Shown here: positions 8,989-17,029 of the stretch, piece after piece
How positions within the stretch are numbered: the stretch's first letter is position 1
How the letters are laid out: each line of letters starts with the position of its first letter
Assembly: GCA_041674945.1 (NCBI GenBank)
Contig: JBAYUT010000002.1
Span: 1 to 46,896, forward strand
Origin: Minisyncoccota bacterium
GTDB lineage: Bacteria; Patescibacteriota; Minisyncoccia; Phycocordibacterales; Phycocordibacteraceae
Length of the DNA: 46,896 nucleotides
Direction of reading: 5' to 3'
Made by a program: the position numbers and the translations under genes
Notes under the pieces: generated by a model
What the model was told of the DNA's origin: nothing
The model's input: only the letters and a program-made list of their open reading frames with translations
Databases searched by the model: none

Positions 8989-9630
8989 ATGTCCCATCGC
9001 TTTACCACGCTCCTTGCCAGCACGGCATTGCTCGGATGCTTGTTGGTGCTTGCGCCCCATGCACAGGCCAAGAGTCCGCCATGCGACATTGGGGAGTACC
9101 TCTCGCTTGATGGGACCACGTGTGAGACACCGGGCGGGACGACGCAGGGCTCGACGCCAGCACCAGCGCCACAGAAGGCGGCTTGTCCCGCTGGTACGTA
9201 CCGCTCGCTCGGTGGCACGAAGTGTGAGACACCGCCGAACAAGAGCTCGGTAGACTCTCCAGCAGGGCGCAACGCGGGTGGCGGTACGGCTGAGACTTCT
9301 GACGGGAGCGAAGGAGCGATAACGCAGACCCCGAGGGGTATCAACTTCGCCTACATTGGGCGGTACTTCAACGACTTCATGTTTATCATCAATGATCTTT
9401 TGGTGCCCGTGCTTATCTCTATCGCCTTTATCTTCTTCCTCTTCGGTGTCTACAAGTATTTCATCATGGGAGCCGAGAGCGACAGCGAGCTCGAGACAGG
9501 GCGGAAGTTCGTCCTGTGGGGGATTATCGGGTTCGTGGTTATCGTCTCGGTGTGGGGGCTCGTGTGGATCGTGCTGGTCACCTTCAATCTCGCCCCCGGT
9601 GGCACGGCGCCTCTGCCACCGACGCTTTAG
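8989..9630 (+). CDS. pilin-type paralogue 4 (duplicated Cys module in ectodomain)
   Basis: Signal peptide, two copies of C-x2-G-x-Y-x-S-L-x-G-T-x-C-E-T-P, then LLVPVLISIAFIFFLFG...TGRKFVLWGIIGFVVIVSVWGLVWIV. Confidence 0.6.
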   Translation: MSHRFTTLLASTALLGCLLVLAPHAQAKSPPCDIGEYLSLDGTTCETPGGTTQGSTPAPAPQKAACPAGTYRSLGGTKCETPPNKSSVDSPAGRNAGGGTAETSDGSEGAITQTPRGINFAYIGRYFNDFMFIINDLLVPVLISIAFIFFLFGVYKYFIMGAESDSELETGRKFVLWGIIGFVVIVSVWGLVWIVLVTFNLAPGGTAPLPPTL

Positions 9631-9711
9631 CTATCCACACCGCGCCCGCCACGCGCTTTCAGGCTATCGACGGGGAGGCTATACTTACAATGTTATCAAC
9701 TTATTTATATT

Positions 9712-10086
9712 ATGAAAAAAGCTTTCTCAATTGCCGCCACTACGCTCCTTGCGCTCCCGCTGGTTACTTCCGCGGCTCCGCTTAACAACATCTCAGACGT
9801 AGGCTCGTTTATCATCAATACGATCAACGGGGTTATCGTGCCGGTGCTCTTCGCCGTTGCGTTCATTGTCTTCCTCTGGGGTGCATTCAAGACGTTTATC
9901 ATGGGTGCCAACTCTGAGGACGTGAAGGACGAGGGCAAGAACCTCATGCTCTACGGCCTCATAGGCTTCTTTGTCATGGTGTCTATCTGGGGCTTGGTCA
10001 ACATTCTCGTGGGGAGTGTCGGCTTTGGCGATAATACGGGGCCTGCGGGCGGTACTCCAAGCGCTGGTGTCGAGATTGGCGGCTAA
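9712..10086 (+). CDS. pilin-type paralogue 5
   Basis: Signal peptide, then VIVPVLFAVAFIVFLWG...EGKNLMLYGLIGFFVMVSIWGLVNIL. Confidence 0.6.
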   Translation: MKKAFSIAATTLLALPLVTSAAPLNNISDVGSFIINTINGVIVPVLFAVAFIVFLWGAFKTFIMGANSEDVKDEGKNLMLYGLIGFFVMVSIWGLVNILVGSVGFGDNTGPAGGTPSAGVEIGG

Positions 10087-10092
10087 GAGAGA

Positions 10093-10362
10093 ATGTCGGT
10101 ACTCAACGAATTTCTTGCGAACGTCGTAAGGGAGATAATTAACCCACTGATACTCCTGCTCTCGGCAGGGGCGTTCGTGGTATTCGTCTGGGGCGCATTC
10201 CAGCTCATTGCGCATGCTGGCGACGCAACCAAGCGCGAACAAGGGCGCAAGTCGATACTCTGGGGCGTAGTGGGCTTCGCCATCATCTTCGGTGTGTACG
10301 GTATTCTCAACATTGCTCTTGCAACGTTTGGACTCGATCCTGTTCAGAAAATCTCGCAGTAG
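10093..10362 (+). CDS. pilin-type paralogue 6 (no ectodomain)
   Basis: IINPLILLLSAGAFVVFVWG...QGRKSILWGVVGFAIIFGVYGILNI. Confidence 0.6.
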   Translation: MSVLNEFLANVVREIINPLILLLSAGAFVVFVWGAFQLIAHAGDATKREQGRKSILWGVVGFAIIFGVYGILNIALATFGLDPVQKISQ

Positions 10363-10380
10363 TTAGGTATATAAAAGAGT

Positions 10381-10416
10381 AAGGCCGCACGGTTTCCCAC
10401 CGTGCGGCCTTCTTTG
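10381..10416. terminator. bidirectional intrinsic terminator between convergent genes
   Basis: AAGGCCGCACGGT-ttccc-ACCGTGCGGCCTT, with an A-run upstream and a T-run downstream. Confidence 0.7.
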
Positions 10417-10421
10417 AAAGA

Positions 10422-10886
10422 TCATTGTCCTTTCGGGACAAACGTCAGGGACACGACGTTTCGATTTCTCGTGTCCAGATTCTTCGCGTACGTTGCGAGA
10501 AGAGGTCCGTCAGGACATCCGCTCGTACAGTCGCGCCCACTACGGTAGACGACATGCAAAACGTAGTCGTCTCCATGCATCACTGGGTGCGTGTCGGGCG
10601 GCACTGGAATGTGCTCCGACTCTCCACCCGGTGCCATCGTCAGGAACACCGGCTCCGTCGCCGGGACGCGCTTGTGCGTCTCGGCGGCGCTCACGGCGCT
10701 CACGCTCGACGGCGAAGCCGACGAAGTGAGTGCCGTGATACGGTACCCGATCAGAATCACAGCGATCACGACCAGGATGCCAATGACCCACGAGCGGGTA
10801 CTCGCGGGTACTGCCACCCTGGGGGCGTCCACAGACCGGTTGCTACCGGCCTGCTTGACGATTCTCTCACTTGGATTTGCGTTCAC
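10422..10886 (-). CDS. membrane-anchored hypothetical protein downstream of the SPFH gene
   Basis: One TM helix (WVIGILVVIAVILIGY) plus a C-terminal soluble domain. GTG 10886 is preceded by an AAGGGGA Shine-Dalgarno. The ORF-track TTG start at 10931 is less likely. Confidence 0.5.
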   Translation of the reverse strand: MNANPSERIVKQAGSNRSVDAPRVAVPASTRSWVIGILVVIAVILIGYRITALTSSASPSSVSAVSAAETHKRVPATEPVFLTMAPGGESEHIPVPPDTHPVMHGDDYVLHVVYRSGRDCTSGCPDGPLLATYAKNLDTRNRNVVSLTFVPKGQ

Positions 10887-11985
10887 TTGAGTTCCCCTTG
10901 TTGTCGAAGGCAGCGATGAGCGCCTTGGCAACGCTCACCAGTGCTTCCGGGATTCCCGGGTAGTTCTGCGTGTTGTGAGCGATATGTGCTTCAGCGTCCT
11001 TATCGCTGAGAGCATAGACCATGGTTGCAGCAAGGTCGGGTGTTACCCTGGCCTCTCGCTGCATCCTTTGCGCCTCCGCTGTCACCGCTGCGGCCCGTGT
11101 CTTGAGACTTTCTGCGTTTTCCCTCTCTGCTTGTTTGGTCGAAGCCGCTGCTTCCGCTTCGGGATTCACGCGGACGTTCGGCGTGAAGGCGTGGATGTCG
11201 CCGATGCCCCAGGACGCTGCGTGTTCAATGAACTCGCCCGCATTCTTCATGATCTCCACGACTCCCTCATCCCGGAACAGACGGGCGCCTTCGTTCTGCG
11301 CTGCAGCTCTGCGGAACGTGCCTTCCTCTGAGAAGGTCGTTTCCTCTAACCGCTCCGTCATGGCGTCATGCTTCTTCGCTGCGCCGGACACTCTCAGCGG
11401 CGGAAGGACGACGAAGTCGCTGAAAAGCGTTTTCTCGTTCTTGACGCCTACTGCCGTCGTAGCCTTACTGAAGAAAATCCGGGCTTGCTCAAGATACGCT
11501 TCACGCAGATTGTCCTCGGGGCTCTCGACTGGTATGTAGGCTACGGGGTTAACGATTGAGTACAGGATCCTATTGCGTTTATCCGGCTCGCCCTCATCGA
11601 CGCCGAAGTAGACCAGCGACCCGTCCTGGGTATTGATCTTCTCGTGCGGCATCAGAAGTGTAATCCTGATGTCGCGACCCGGAACGTTGCGAAGACTAAA
11701 GAGAGGCGGCACCCAGAAGTCACCGTCCCCATAGACTGTTCCTGTGGCCCTGCCGAGCAGGCGCTCGACACCGACCCAGTTCATGGGTACGTGAACGACA
11801 CGGGTGAAGTACAAGTTGTAAGCGGCAATGCCGCCGACGACTGTGCCGATCCCCACACCAAGCACGTCACCAATGTGACCGAAGGGCACTGCCGAAGACA
11901 GTACCCACTGCACAAGTAGGCCGATGACTGGCCACGCAAGCGTGGCCACCACCAGCCCAACTACGCGACTCATTAGTGGCGTCAT
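10867..11985 (-). CDS. SPFH/band-7 (stomatin/prohibitin-like) domain membrane protein
   Basis: Two N-terminal TM helices, a beta-rich SPFH-like core (VPMNWVGVERLLGR...FWVPPLFSL...), then an Ala/Glu-rich coiled-coil-like tail. Confidence 0.65.
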   Translation of the reverse strand: MTPLMSRVVGLVVATLAWPVIGLLVQWVLSSAVPFGHIGDVLGVGIGTVVGGIAAYNLYFTRVVHVPMNWVGVERLLGRATGTVYGDGDFWVPPLFSLRNVPGRDIRITLLMPHEKINTQDGSLVYFGVDEGEPDKRNRILYSIVNPVAYIPVESPEDNLREAYLEQARIFFSKATTAVGVKNEKTLFSDFVVLPPLRVSGAAKKHDAMTERLEETTFSEEGTFRRAAAQNEGARLFRDEGVVEIMKNAGEFIEHAASWGIGDIHAFTPNVRVNPEAEAAASTKQAERENAESLKTRAAAVTAEAQRMQREARVTPDLAATMVYALSDKDAEAHIAHNTQNYPGIPEALVSVAKALIAAFDNKGNSSERKSK

Positions 11986-12049
11986 AACATTTCTCCTGCA
12001 CTATTTTGATTGTCAAATAACCTGAGGCCCGTCGGACCTCTATGCGTCT

Positions 12050-12078
12050 AGTATACACCCAAAAGGGTGATTTGTCAA
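12050..12078 (-). promoter_or_regulatory. consensus sigma70 promoter TTGACA-17-TATACT for the SPFH operon
   Basis: Minus strand: TTGACA at 12078..12073 and TATACT at 12055..12050. An AGGAGA Shine-Dalgarno precedes ATG 11985. Confidence 0.55.
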
Positions 12079-12131
12079 GTATGTGTAAATAGGCCGTATA
12101 ATCCCGCTTCTGCGGTGGCGGCGTGTTGCTG

Positions 12132-12278
12132 TGCCGGGGAGAGGAGTCTCTCCTTCGACTCACTCTCTCGCCGTCGCTCGCTCGTGGTCTAGGCACCGCC
12201 TCGCGACCAGCACTGCTGTGCTGGTTCCCGCTCCGGCGTTCGAGTCCTCACGCAAGCCTACGGCTTGCTTCCCCGGCA
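12132..12278 (-). other. 147-nt mosaic of tRNA-Leu-derived segments (possible tRNA-like ncRNA or decayed duplicate)
   Basis: The ends reproduce the acceptor strands of the adjacent tRNA-Leu: 14-nt TGCCGGGGAGAGGA at 12132 and at 12301, and CCCCGGCA at 12271. The interior holds an inverted 12-nt copy of the T-arm and an anticodon-stem-like hairpin. Confidence 0.3.
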
Positions 12279-12300
12279 CATATTTCGCTCCGCTCAAATG

Positions 12301-12382
12301 TGCCGGGGAGAGGACTCGAACCTCCATCCTGTGAGGGGCCAGCTCCTAAGGCTGGTGCGTCTACCAATTTCGCCACCCCGGC
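12301..12382 (-). tRNA. tRNA-Leu (anticodon TAG), type II with long variable arm
   Basis: Reverse complement: GCCGGGGTGGCGAAATTGGTAGACGCACCAGCCTTAGGAGCTGG...GGAGGTTCGAGTCCTCTCCCCGGCA. Confidence 0.85.
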
Positions 12383-12406
12383 AATACTTCACACAATACT
12401 ATATTC

Positions 12407-12415
12407 TGCTATATT
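12407..12415 (+). promoter_or_regulatory. extended -10 box TGcTATATT upstream of tRNA-Lys
   Basis: TG at 12407-12408 and TATATT at 12410..12415, about 30 nt upstream of the tRNA 5' end. Confidence 0.4.
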
Positions 12416-12444
12416 TTACTTACGCACCATCAGTGCGACATTTT

Positions 12445-12520
12445 GCGCCTATAGCTCAGTTGGTAGAGCAGCTCCCTCTTAAGGAGACGGTCCCTGGTTC
12501 GAGCCCAGGTAGGCGCACCA
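12445..12520 (+). tRNA. tRNA-Lys (anticodon CTT), CCA encoded
   Basis: GCGCCTATAGCTCAGTTGGTAGAGCAGCTCCCTCTTAAGGAGACGGTCCCTGGTTCGAGCCCAGGTAGGCGCACCA. Confidence 0.9.
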
Positions 12521-12534
12521 AACGATAGTTTATG

Positions 12535-12623
12535 TGCCGAGGGTGGGACTCGAACCCACACGAGGGTTTTTAGGCTCTCTCAGGATTTTAAGTCCTGTGC
12601 GTCTACCATTCCGCCACCTCGGC
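12535..12623 (-). tRNA. tRNA-Leu (anticodon TAA), type II
   Basis: Reverse complement: GCCGAGGTGGCGGAATGGTAGACGCACAGGACTTAAAATCCTG...GTGGGTTCGAGTCCCACCCTCGGCA. Confidence 0.85.
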
Positions 12624-12635
12624 ATACTTGTGCAC

Positions 12636-12710
12636 TGGAGGCCCGGGCGGGAATTGAACCCGCGCATCGAGGATTTGCAGTCCCCAGCGTTACCACTTCG
12701 CCACCGGGCC
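12636..12710 (-). tRNA. tRNA-Cys (anticodon GCA), CCA encoded
   Basis: Reverse complement: GGCCCGGTGGCGAAGTGGTAACGCTGGGGACTGCAAATCCTCGATGCGCGGGTTCAATTCCCGCCCGGGCCTCCA. Confidence 0.9.
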
Positions 12711-12726
12711 AGTGTCTCTGATGATA

Positions 12727-13089
12727 CTACGCGCGCGGAGCTTCAGGAAGTGGGTCCTGCGCAATTGCCCCAAAGAGCTCGCTCTCGCCATTGTCGGGGA
12801 GGAAGTCGATGCGCGGAAGGGGGCCGAGCTTCGCGTGCTTCTTGAGATGATTGGAAAACGCTTCGCGGTGTCGCTCGAGGAAGGCGAGTGCGGGGCGTGC
12901 CTGCGTGTCAGGGAAGATACTTACAAAGACAATCACCCGCTCGCCATGGTTCATGAGCTGGGCGCGCACCACGGTGATGAGTGAGCCAGGCCCTGCCTCG
13001 CGGCCAATAAAGTTGGCGGCCTCGCGCGCTATCACCTCCGCGATGCGCTCCTTGTGGTGGTCGGCACGTCTAGGTACGTCGTGGATCAT
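12727..13089 (-). CDS. rbfA: ribosome-binding factor A
   Basis: RIAEVIAREAANFI...LITVVRAQLMNHGERVIVFVSIF. Its start overlaps the infB stop (ATGA), the classical infB-rbfA order. Confidence 0.8.
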   Translation of the reverse strand: MIHDVPRRADHHKERIAEVIAREAANFIGREAGPGSLITVVRAQLMNHGERVIVFVSIFPDTQARPALAFLERHREAFSNHLKKHAKLGPLPRIDFLPDNGESELFGAIAQDPLPEAPRA

Positions 13090-14552
13090 GAGGTGGTAAC
13101 GAGAAAGGCGATAATCTCGTCGTTGGGTGCCGCGTCTACCTTGGCCTCAATCTCAGTACCAAAGGTCCCTTCAGTCTTAATCTCCTTCACGTCAGCGCGG
13201 GCTTGCTGCAGGTTGCCAATGGAGCCGCGCGCTATCTCCTCGCCGTTGCGAACAATCTTGACGCGGTCGCCTACGGTGAGCACTCCCGAGACGTGGCGTG
13301 CGCCGAGTACCTGCTTCTTGGCACTGCTCGAAAAAGGCTTGACCACCACGGCGCGGCCCAGCTCTTTGTCGATGGTGATCTGGGGCACAATAGCGGCGAG
13401 GAGCTCGCCGACTTTTTCAGAAAGTTCGTAAATGATAGAGAACGGGAGTATTGATATAGCGTCGCGCTCGGAAAGCTCGCGAGCAATAGCGTCGGTGCCC
13501 ACGTTAAAGGCGATGACTGTACCGCCGGTCGCGTGCGCGGTCTTGATGTCTGCCTCGCCCACGCTCCCCACGCCCGAAAAGACGATACGCACCCGTGCGC
13601 GCTCGTGGGTGACCTTCTTCAGCTCGTGCTCAATAGCGTCGATAGAGCCAGCGACATCCGTCTTCACAATAAGGGGTAGCTCTACGACGCCGTCTACGGC
13701 GGCCGTCTGCGCAATGAGCGGAGTCGCGGTCGCGTTCTTAGCCGCAAGTGCCTCTGCCTCCTTCTTGGTCTTGGCGATACTGAAGAGCGATCCAGCTGCA
13801 GGCAGCTTACTAAAGCCTGAGATGCGCACCGGGGAGGCAGGGCCGGCCTCCTCTACACGCTTGCCGAGGAAGTTCTCGATAAAGCGTATAGGAGCAAAAG
13901 CGTCGCCCGCGACGACGAAGCCGTCGAGGGTGAGGGTGCCGTCTCGCACCACCAGGGTAGCTGAGGCGCCGCGCTTCGGGTCTTGGGTGCTCTCTAGTAC
14001 GAAGCCTGTCGCGCTCGTTGACACGTCTGCGCTGAGCTCGAGCAGGTCGGTAGCAAGCAGGACGAGGTCGAGGAGTTCGGGGATACCCTCGCCTGTCTTG
14101 GAAGAAATAGCGGCATAGGCAATCTCGCCGCCGAGGCCTTCGAGGTAAATGCCCTTCTCTAAGAGCGAGTTCTTGGTGTGCTCGATGTCGGCATTATTCT
14201 TATCGATTTTTGTAATCGCCACGATGAAAGGGATATGCGACTCTTGAATTGCCGCAAGTGCGTCGAGGGTCTGGGGCATAACGCCCTCGTCGGCGGCGAC
14301 GACGAGTATGGCAATGTCTGCGGCGGCCGCACCACGCGTGCGGAGGGCCTTAAACGCCTCGTGGCCGGGCGTGTCGAGGAAGGTCACCTTGCGGCCGTCG
14401 TGCTCGGCGATGTAGGCCGAGACATGCTGCGTGATGCCGCCCGCCTCTCCTGCAACCACGTTCTCCTTGCGGATGTAGTCGAGGAGGGAAGACTTCCCGT
14501 GATCTATGTGGCCCATCACCGCAATGACAGGCGAACGTTGTGTTCGCTCCAT
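13086..14552 (-). CDS. infB: translation initiation factor IF-2 (short form, no N-terminal extension)
   Basis: The G domain starts at residue 8: [27 protein letters not shown]. Domains II to C2 follow. Confidence 0.95.
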   Translation of the reverse strand: MERTQRSPVIAVMGHIDHGKSSLLDYIRKENVVAGEAGGITQHVSAYIAEHDGRKVTFLDTPGHEAFKALRTRGAAAADIAILVVAADEGVMPQTLDALAAIQESHIPFIVAITKIDKNNADIEHTKNSLLEKGIYLEGLGGEIAYAAISSKTGEGIPELLDLVLLATDLLELSADVSTSATGFVLESTQDPKRGASATLVVRDGTLTLDGFVVAGDAFAPIRFIENFLGKRVEEAGPASPVRISGFSKLPAAGSLFSIAKTKKEAEALAAKNATATPLIAQTAAVDGVVELPLIVKTDVAGSIDAIEHELKKVTHERARVRIVFSGVGSVGEADIKTAHATGGTVIAFNVGTDAIARELSERDAISILPFSIIYELSEKVGELLAAIVPQITIDKELGRAVVVKPFSSSAKKQVLGARHVSGVLTVGDRVKIVRNGEEIARGSIGNLQQARADVKEIKTEGTFGTEIEAKVDAAPNDEIIAFLVTTS

Positions 14553-14609
14553 ATTGGCCCTATTTCATCACAAAAATGACGTATTCGCAATCTCGTGTAG
14601 AATTTACGC

Positions 14610-15725
14610 ATGTTTAGGAAACGGCGAGTCTATCTGGATACTGCCGCCGGGTTGGCCGGCAATGCCTCCTCACCGCACGAGGAGGGTAGAAAGGCTAAGC
14701 AGATGCTCGAGGCTGCGCGAGAGCGGATAGCGAGACTGGTTGAGGTCAAGGCCGATGACGTCATCTTCACTAGTGGCGCAACCGAGGCCAATGCGCTCGC
14801 GATAGTTGGGCATGTACGGGCCGTGCGTAAGGGCCGTAGAAATAACGCGCACGCGCTCTATCTGCCGAGTGCACACGCTTCGATTGTGGAGAACATGAAG
14901 CAGCTTGCCCTTGAGGGGGTGGTCGTCGAGCCACTGCCGATACATGAAGGCCGCGTCGATGTTGCACTGCTCGCCACCATGCTCACGCCGAACACGGTGC
15001 TGGTCTCTATGGACGCGGTCTGTGGCGAGACGGGAGTGGTATGGAATACACGCGAAGTGGCAGAGACAATCCGTGGATATCGGATATCCACAATAAGCGC
15101 GTCTCCGATTCGCTTGCATGTTGACGCGAGCCAGGCGCCACTCACCGAGAAGGTGACGCGGGCGCACTTCAACGCTGACCTGCTCACCTTTGATATCTCA
15201 AAAATAAGCCCCGAGCGAGGGTTTGGTGTGCTTGTGGCACACCGCACGATACCGCTCGAGCCACTCTATCGAGGTGGTGGGCAAGAGCGAGGGCTACGCC
15301 CGGGGAGCGAGACACCTGAGCTCGCGGCAGAGTTCGCTGACGCGCTTGCTCGGGCAGTAGATGGTCGAGAGGTATTTCGGGTCAAAGCACAACAGCAGCG
15401 ACAGGACTTGCTTGAGCAGATCACGGCCCTTGTTCCCAACGTGCTTGTCAACGAGGCAAGGCTTCAGGCGCCGAGCATTTTGAATATTTCTTTGCTCGGA
15501 CGCGACACCGACTACCTGGTCGCCCTGCTCGACGACCTGGGCTTCGCGGTCTCCACCAAGAGCGCTTGTGAGACAGATAGCGAGGAAGGGTCGCGGGCGG
15601 TGCTGGCACTCACCGTCGATAAGGAGCGCGCTAAGGCCACGCTGCGCATCTCGTGGGGCCCGAGGACGCGCTCACGCGACCTGGCTCGATTTGCCCTTGC
15701 ACTCGCACAAAGCTTAAAAGTGTGA
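14610..15725 (+). CDS. cysteine desulfurase-like class V aminotransferase
   Basis: FTSGATEANALAI, HVDASQA, a Lys in FDISKIS (PLP site) and a C-terminal STKSACE (active-site Cys). TAGAAT lies 6 nt upstream of the ATG. Confidence 0.8.
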   Translation: MFRKRRVYLDTAAGLAGNASSPHEEGRKAKQMLEAARERIARLVEVKADDVIFTSGATEANALAIVGHVRAVRKGRRNNAHALYLPSAHASIVENMKQLALEGVVVEPLPIHEGRVDVALLATMLTPNTVLVSMDAVCGETGVVWNTREVAETIRGYRISTISASPIRLHVDASQAPLTEKVTRAHFNADLLTFDISKISPERGFGVLVAHRTIPLEPLYRGGGQERGLRPGSETPELAAEFADALARAVDGREVFRVKAQQQRQDLLEQITALVPNVLVNEARLQAPSILNISLLGRDTDYLVALLDDLGFAVSTKSACETDSEEGSRAVLALTVDKERAKATLRISWGPRTRSRDLARFALALAQSLKV

Positions 15726-15828
15726 TATTATACAAATATCAACTCAGCGCTGATTGCGAGAAACGATCGAATCTCATCGATTAGCTTCCTGTGTTTGATG
15801 TATTACTAGCTCTATCTCTTACATCAAT

Positions 15829-16035
15829 ATGCAAGAAGGAACAATCGCACGTCTTATCGCAGACAAGTACTTTGGTTTTATCAAAGTCAGTGGCCAGGAA
15901 AAGGATCTCTTTTTCCACGCTAACGAGCTTGTCGGCGTAGACTTCGCATCCCTCCACGAGGGTGACAAGGTGACTTTTGAAGTTGCGGACAGCCCAAAGG
16001 GTCCAAACGCAATCAAGGTCTCAAAGATTGCGTAA
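15829..16035 (+). CDS. cold-shock domain protein
   Basis: GTIARLIADKYFGFIKV...DLFFHANEL... contains the RNP1/RNP2-like motifs of CspA-family proteins. Confidence 0.9.
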   Translation: MQEGTIARLIADKYFGFIKVSGQEKDLFFHANELVGVDFASLHEGDKVTFEVADSPKGPNAIKVSKIA

Positions 16036-16047
16036 GCAATTTTAAGC

Positions 16048-16078
16048 AAAAGCGCCCGGGTAACCGGGCGCTTTTGTT
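16048..16078 (+). terminator. intrinsic terminator after the csp gene
   Basis: AAAGCGCCCGG-gtaa-CCGGGCGCTTT, followed by TGTTGT. Confidence 0.7.
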
Positions 16079-16136
16079 GTGCACCGCCGTCTTGCCGGAG
16101 GGCTTGCGCAATATCGATCCATGCTATGCTTTCTCT

Positions 16137-16331
16137 ATGGATATACAAAATACAGACGACACCAGTGTGGCAGAGGAGGCGATTATTGGCTACTGCGTTA
16201 AGTGCAAAGAGAAGCGCGAGATGCTTAATGTTGAGAAGGTAGAGATCAAGCCAGGCCGCCCAGCAGCCAAGGGCAAGTGTTCCGTGTGTGGTACGGGCAT
16301 GTACAAGATTCTGCCTAAGGCAGCAGCGTAG
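16137..16331 (+). CDS. small zinc-ribbon protein (DUF5679-like)
   Basis: GYCVKCKEKREM...GKCSVCGTGMYKIL is a CxxC...CxxC pair. TGcTATGCT lies 6 nt upstream of the ATG. The ORF-track start at 16074 lies in the terminator. Confidence 0.6.
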   Translation: MDIQNTDDTSVAEEAIIGYCVKCKEKREMLNVEKVEIKPGRPAAKGKCSVCGTGMYKILPKAAA

Positions 16332-16340
16332 GCACGCGCT

Positions 16341-16754
16341 ATGAGCTTCGTCGGTAGCGGAGCCAACATTGTCCCGCCCCATCACGGTATTCCGCATTAT
16401 CACGGGGATGTGGTTCGTGCGTTGTTCGTCTTAGGGGCTATTATTCTCGTTTTTGGCCAATCTACGGGAGCGGACCTACCGTTGTCGAACACGGGTGCGG
16501 TGGTTGTTGCAGCAGCTTTGGTGATTGCTGCAGGCATTACGAGCCCGCGCCTACCATGGAGTCATTTTTTGAATGGATTTTTCGCGCTTGTTGGCGTGCT
16601 CTTGTTCGGCACCTCGGCCGTGGGCCACTATCGGGCGGGTGTTCACATCACCGAGCCATCGTTTGTCTATCTGGAGGCGCTCGCCTTGGTCTCGCTTGTC
16701 GCGCTCTACTTCACCACGCGAACCATCCGCGGTATATTGCTCCGTCCTTCCTAG
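16341..16754 (+). CDS. integral membrane protein, unknown function
   Basis: Four predicted hydrophobic helices. No family recognised. Confidence 0.5.
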   Translation: MSFVGSGANIVPPHHGIPHYHGDVVRALFVLGAIILVFGQSTGADLPLSNTGAVVVAAALVIAAGITSPRLPWSHFLNGFFALVGVLLFGTSAVGHYRAGVHITEPSFVYLEALALVSLVALYFTTRTIRGILLRPS

Positions 16755-16797
16755 GGAGTGGATTTCTTGCGTGGGACACGCGTGCTAGTATTACCGT

Positions 16798-17028
16798 ATG
16801 TCGGTACAAAGTTTTTTGCTCAAACAGTACGCAAACTGGAAGCTGAAAGACGTCCCCGAGGCACAGCGAGAGCAGATGATGGCCCTCGTAACCAAGGACC
16901 CTGAGCTATTTAAGAAAATCGGCGAAGAGATTGAGCGCCGCAAGAAGGGCGGCGAGGCCGAGATGAAGGCCAGCATGGAGGTGATGAAGAAGTATCGAGC
17001 CGAGCTTGCGGCGCTCCTGCAGCGGTAG
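16798..17028 (+). CDS. small charged helical hypothetical protein
   Basis: TGcTAGTAT lies 6 nt upstream of the ATG. Lys/Glu-rich sequence. No family recognised. Confidence 0.45.
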   Translation: MSVQSFLLKQYANWKLKDVPEAQREQMMALVTKDPELFKKIGEEIERRKKGGEAEMKASMEVMKKYRAELAALLQR

Positions 17029-17029
17029 C

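Noticed and set aside
12132-12278. The idea that the tRNA-Leu-like element is a tmRNA. Its plus strand reads GGGG-N14-TTCGAC, like a tmRNA 5' end.
   Set aside because: It is only 147 nt. It has no tag reading frame and no proper T-arm adjacent to the 3' acceptor strand. It also lacks a G3-U70 pair and an ACCA end.
12123-12984. Plus-strand ORFs 12123..12482, 12265..12528, 12534..12845 and 12712..12984.
   Set aside because: They run across four tRNA genes, the tRNA-derived element and the rbfA antisense strand, so they are not coding.
13086-14552. The short IF-2 (488 aa, G domain starting at residue 8) as an anomaly.
   Set aside because: N-terminally minimal IF-2 proteins are common in reduced genomes. 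It is used only as weak taxonomic context.
13054-14579. Plus-strand ORFs over infB/rbfA (13054..13431, 13432..14118, 14178..14579).
   Set aside because: They are antisense to conserved translation-factor genes and have no independent signals.
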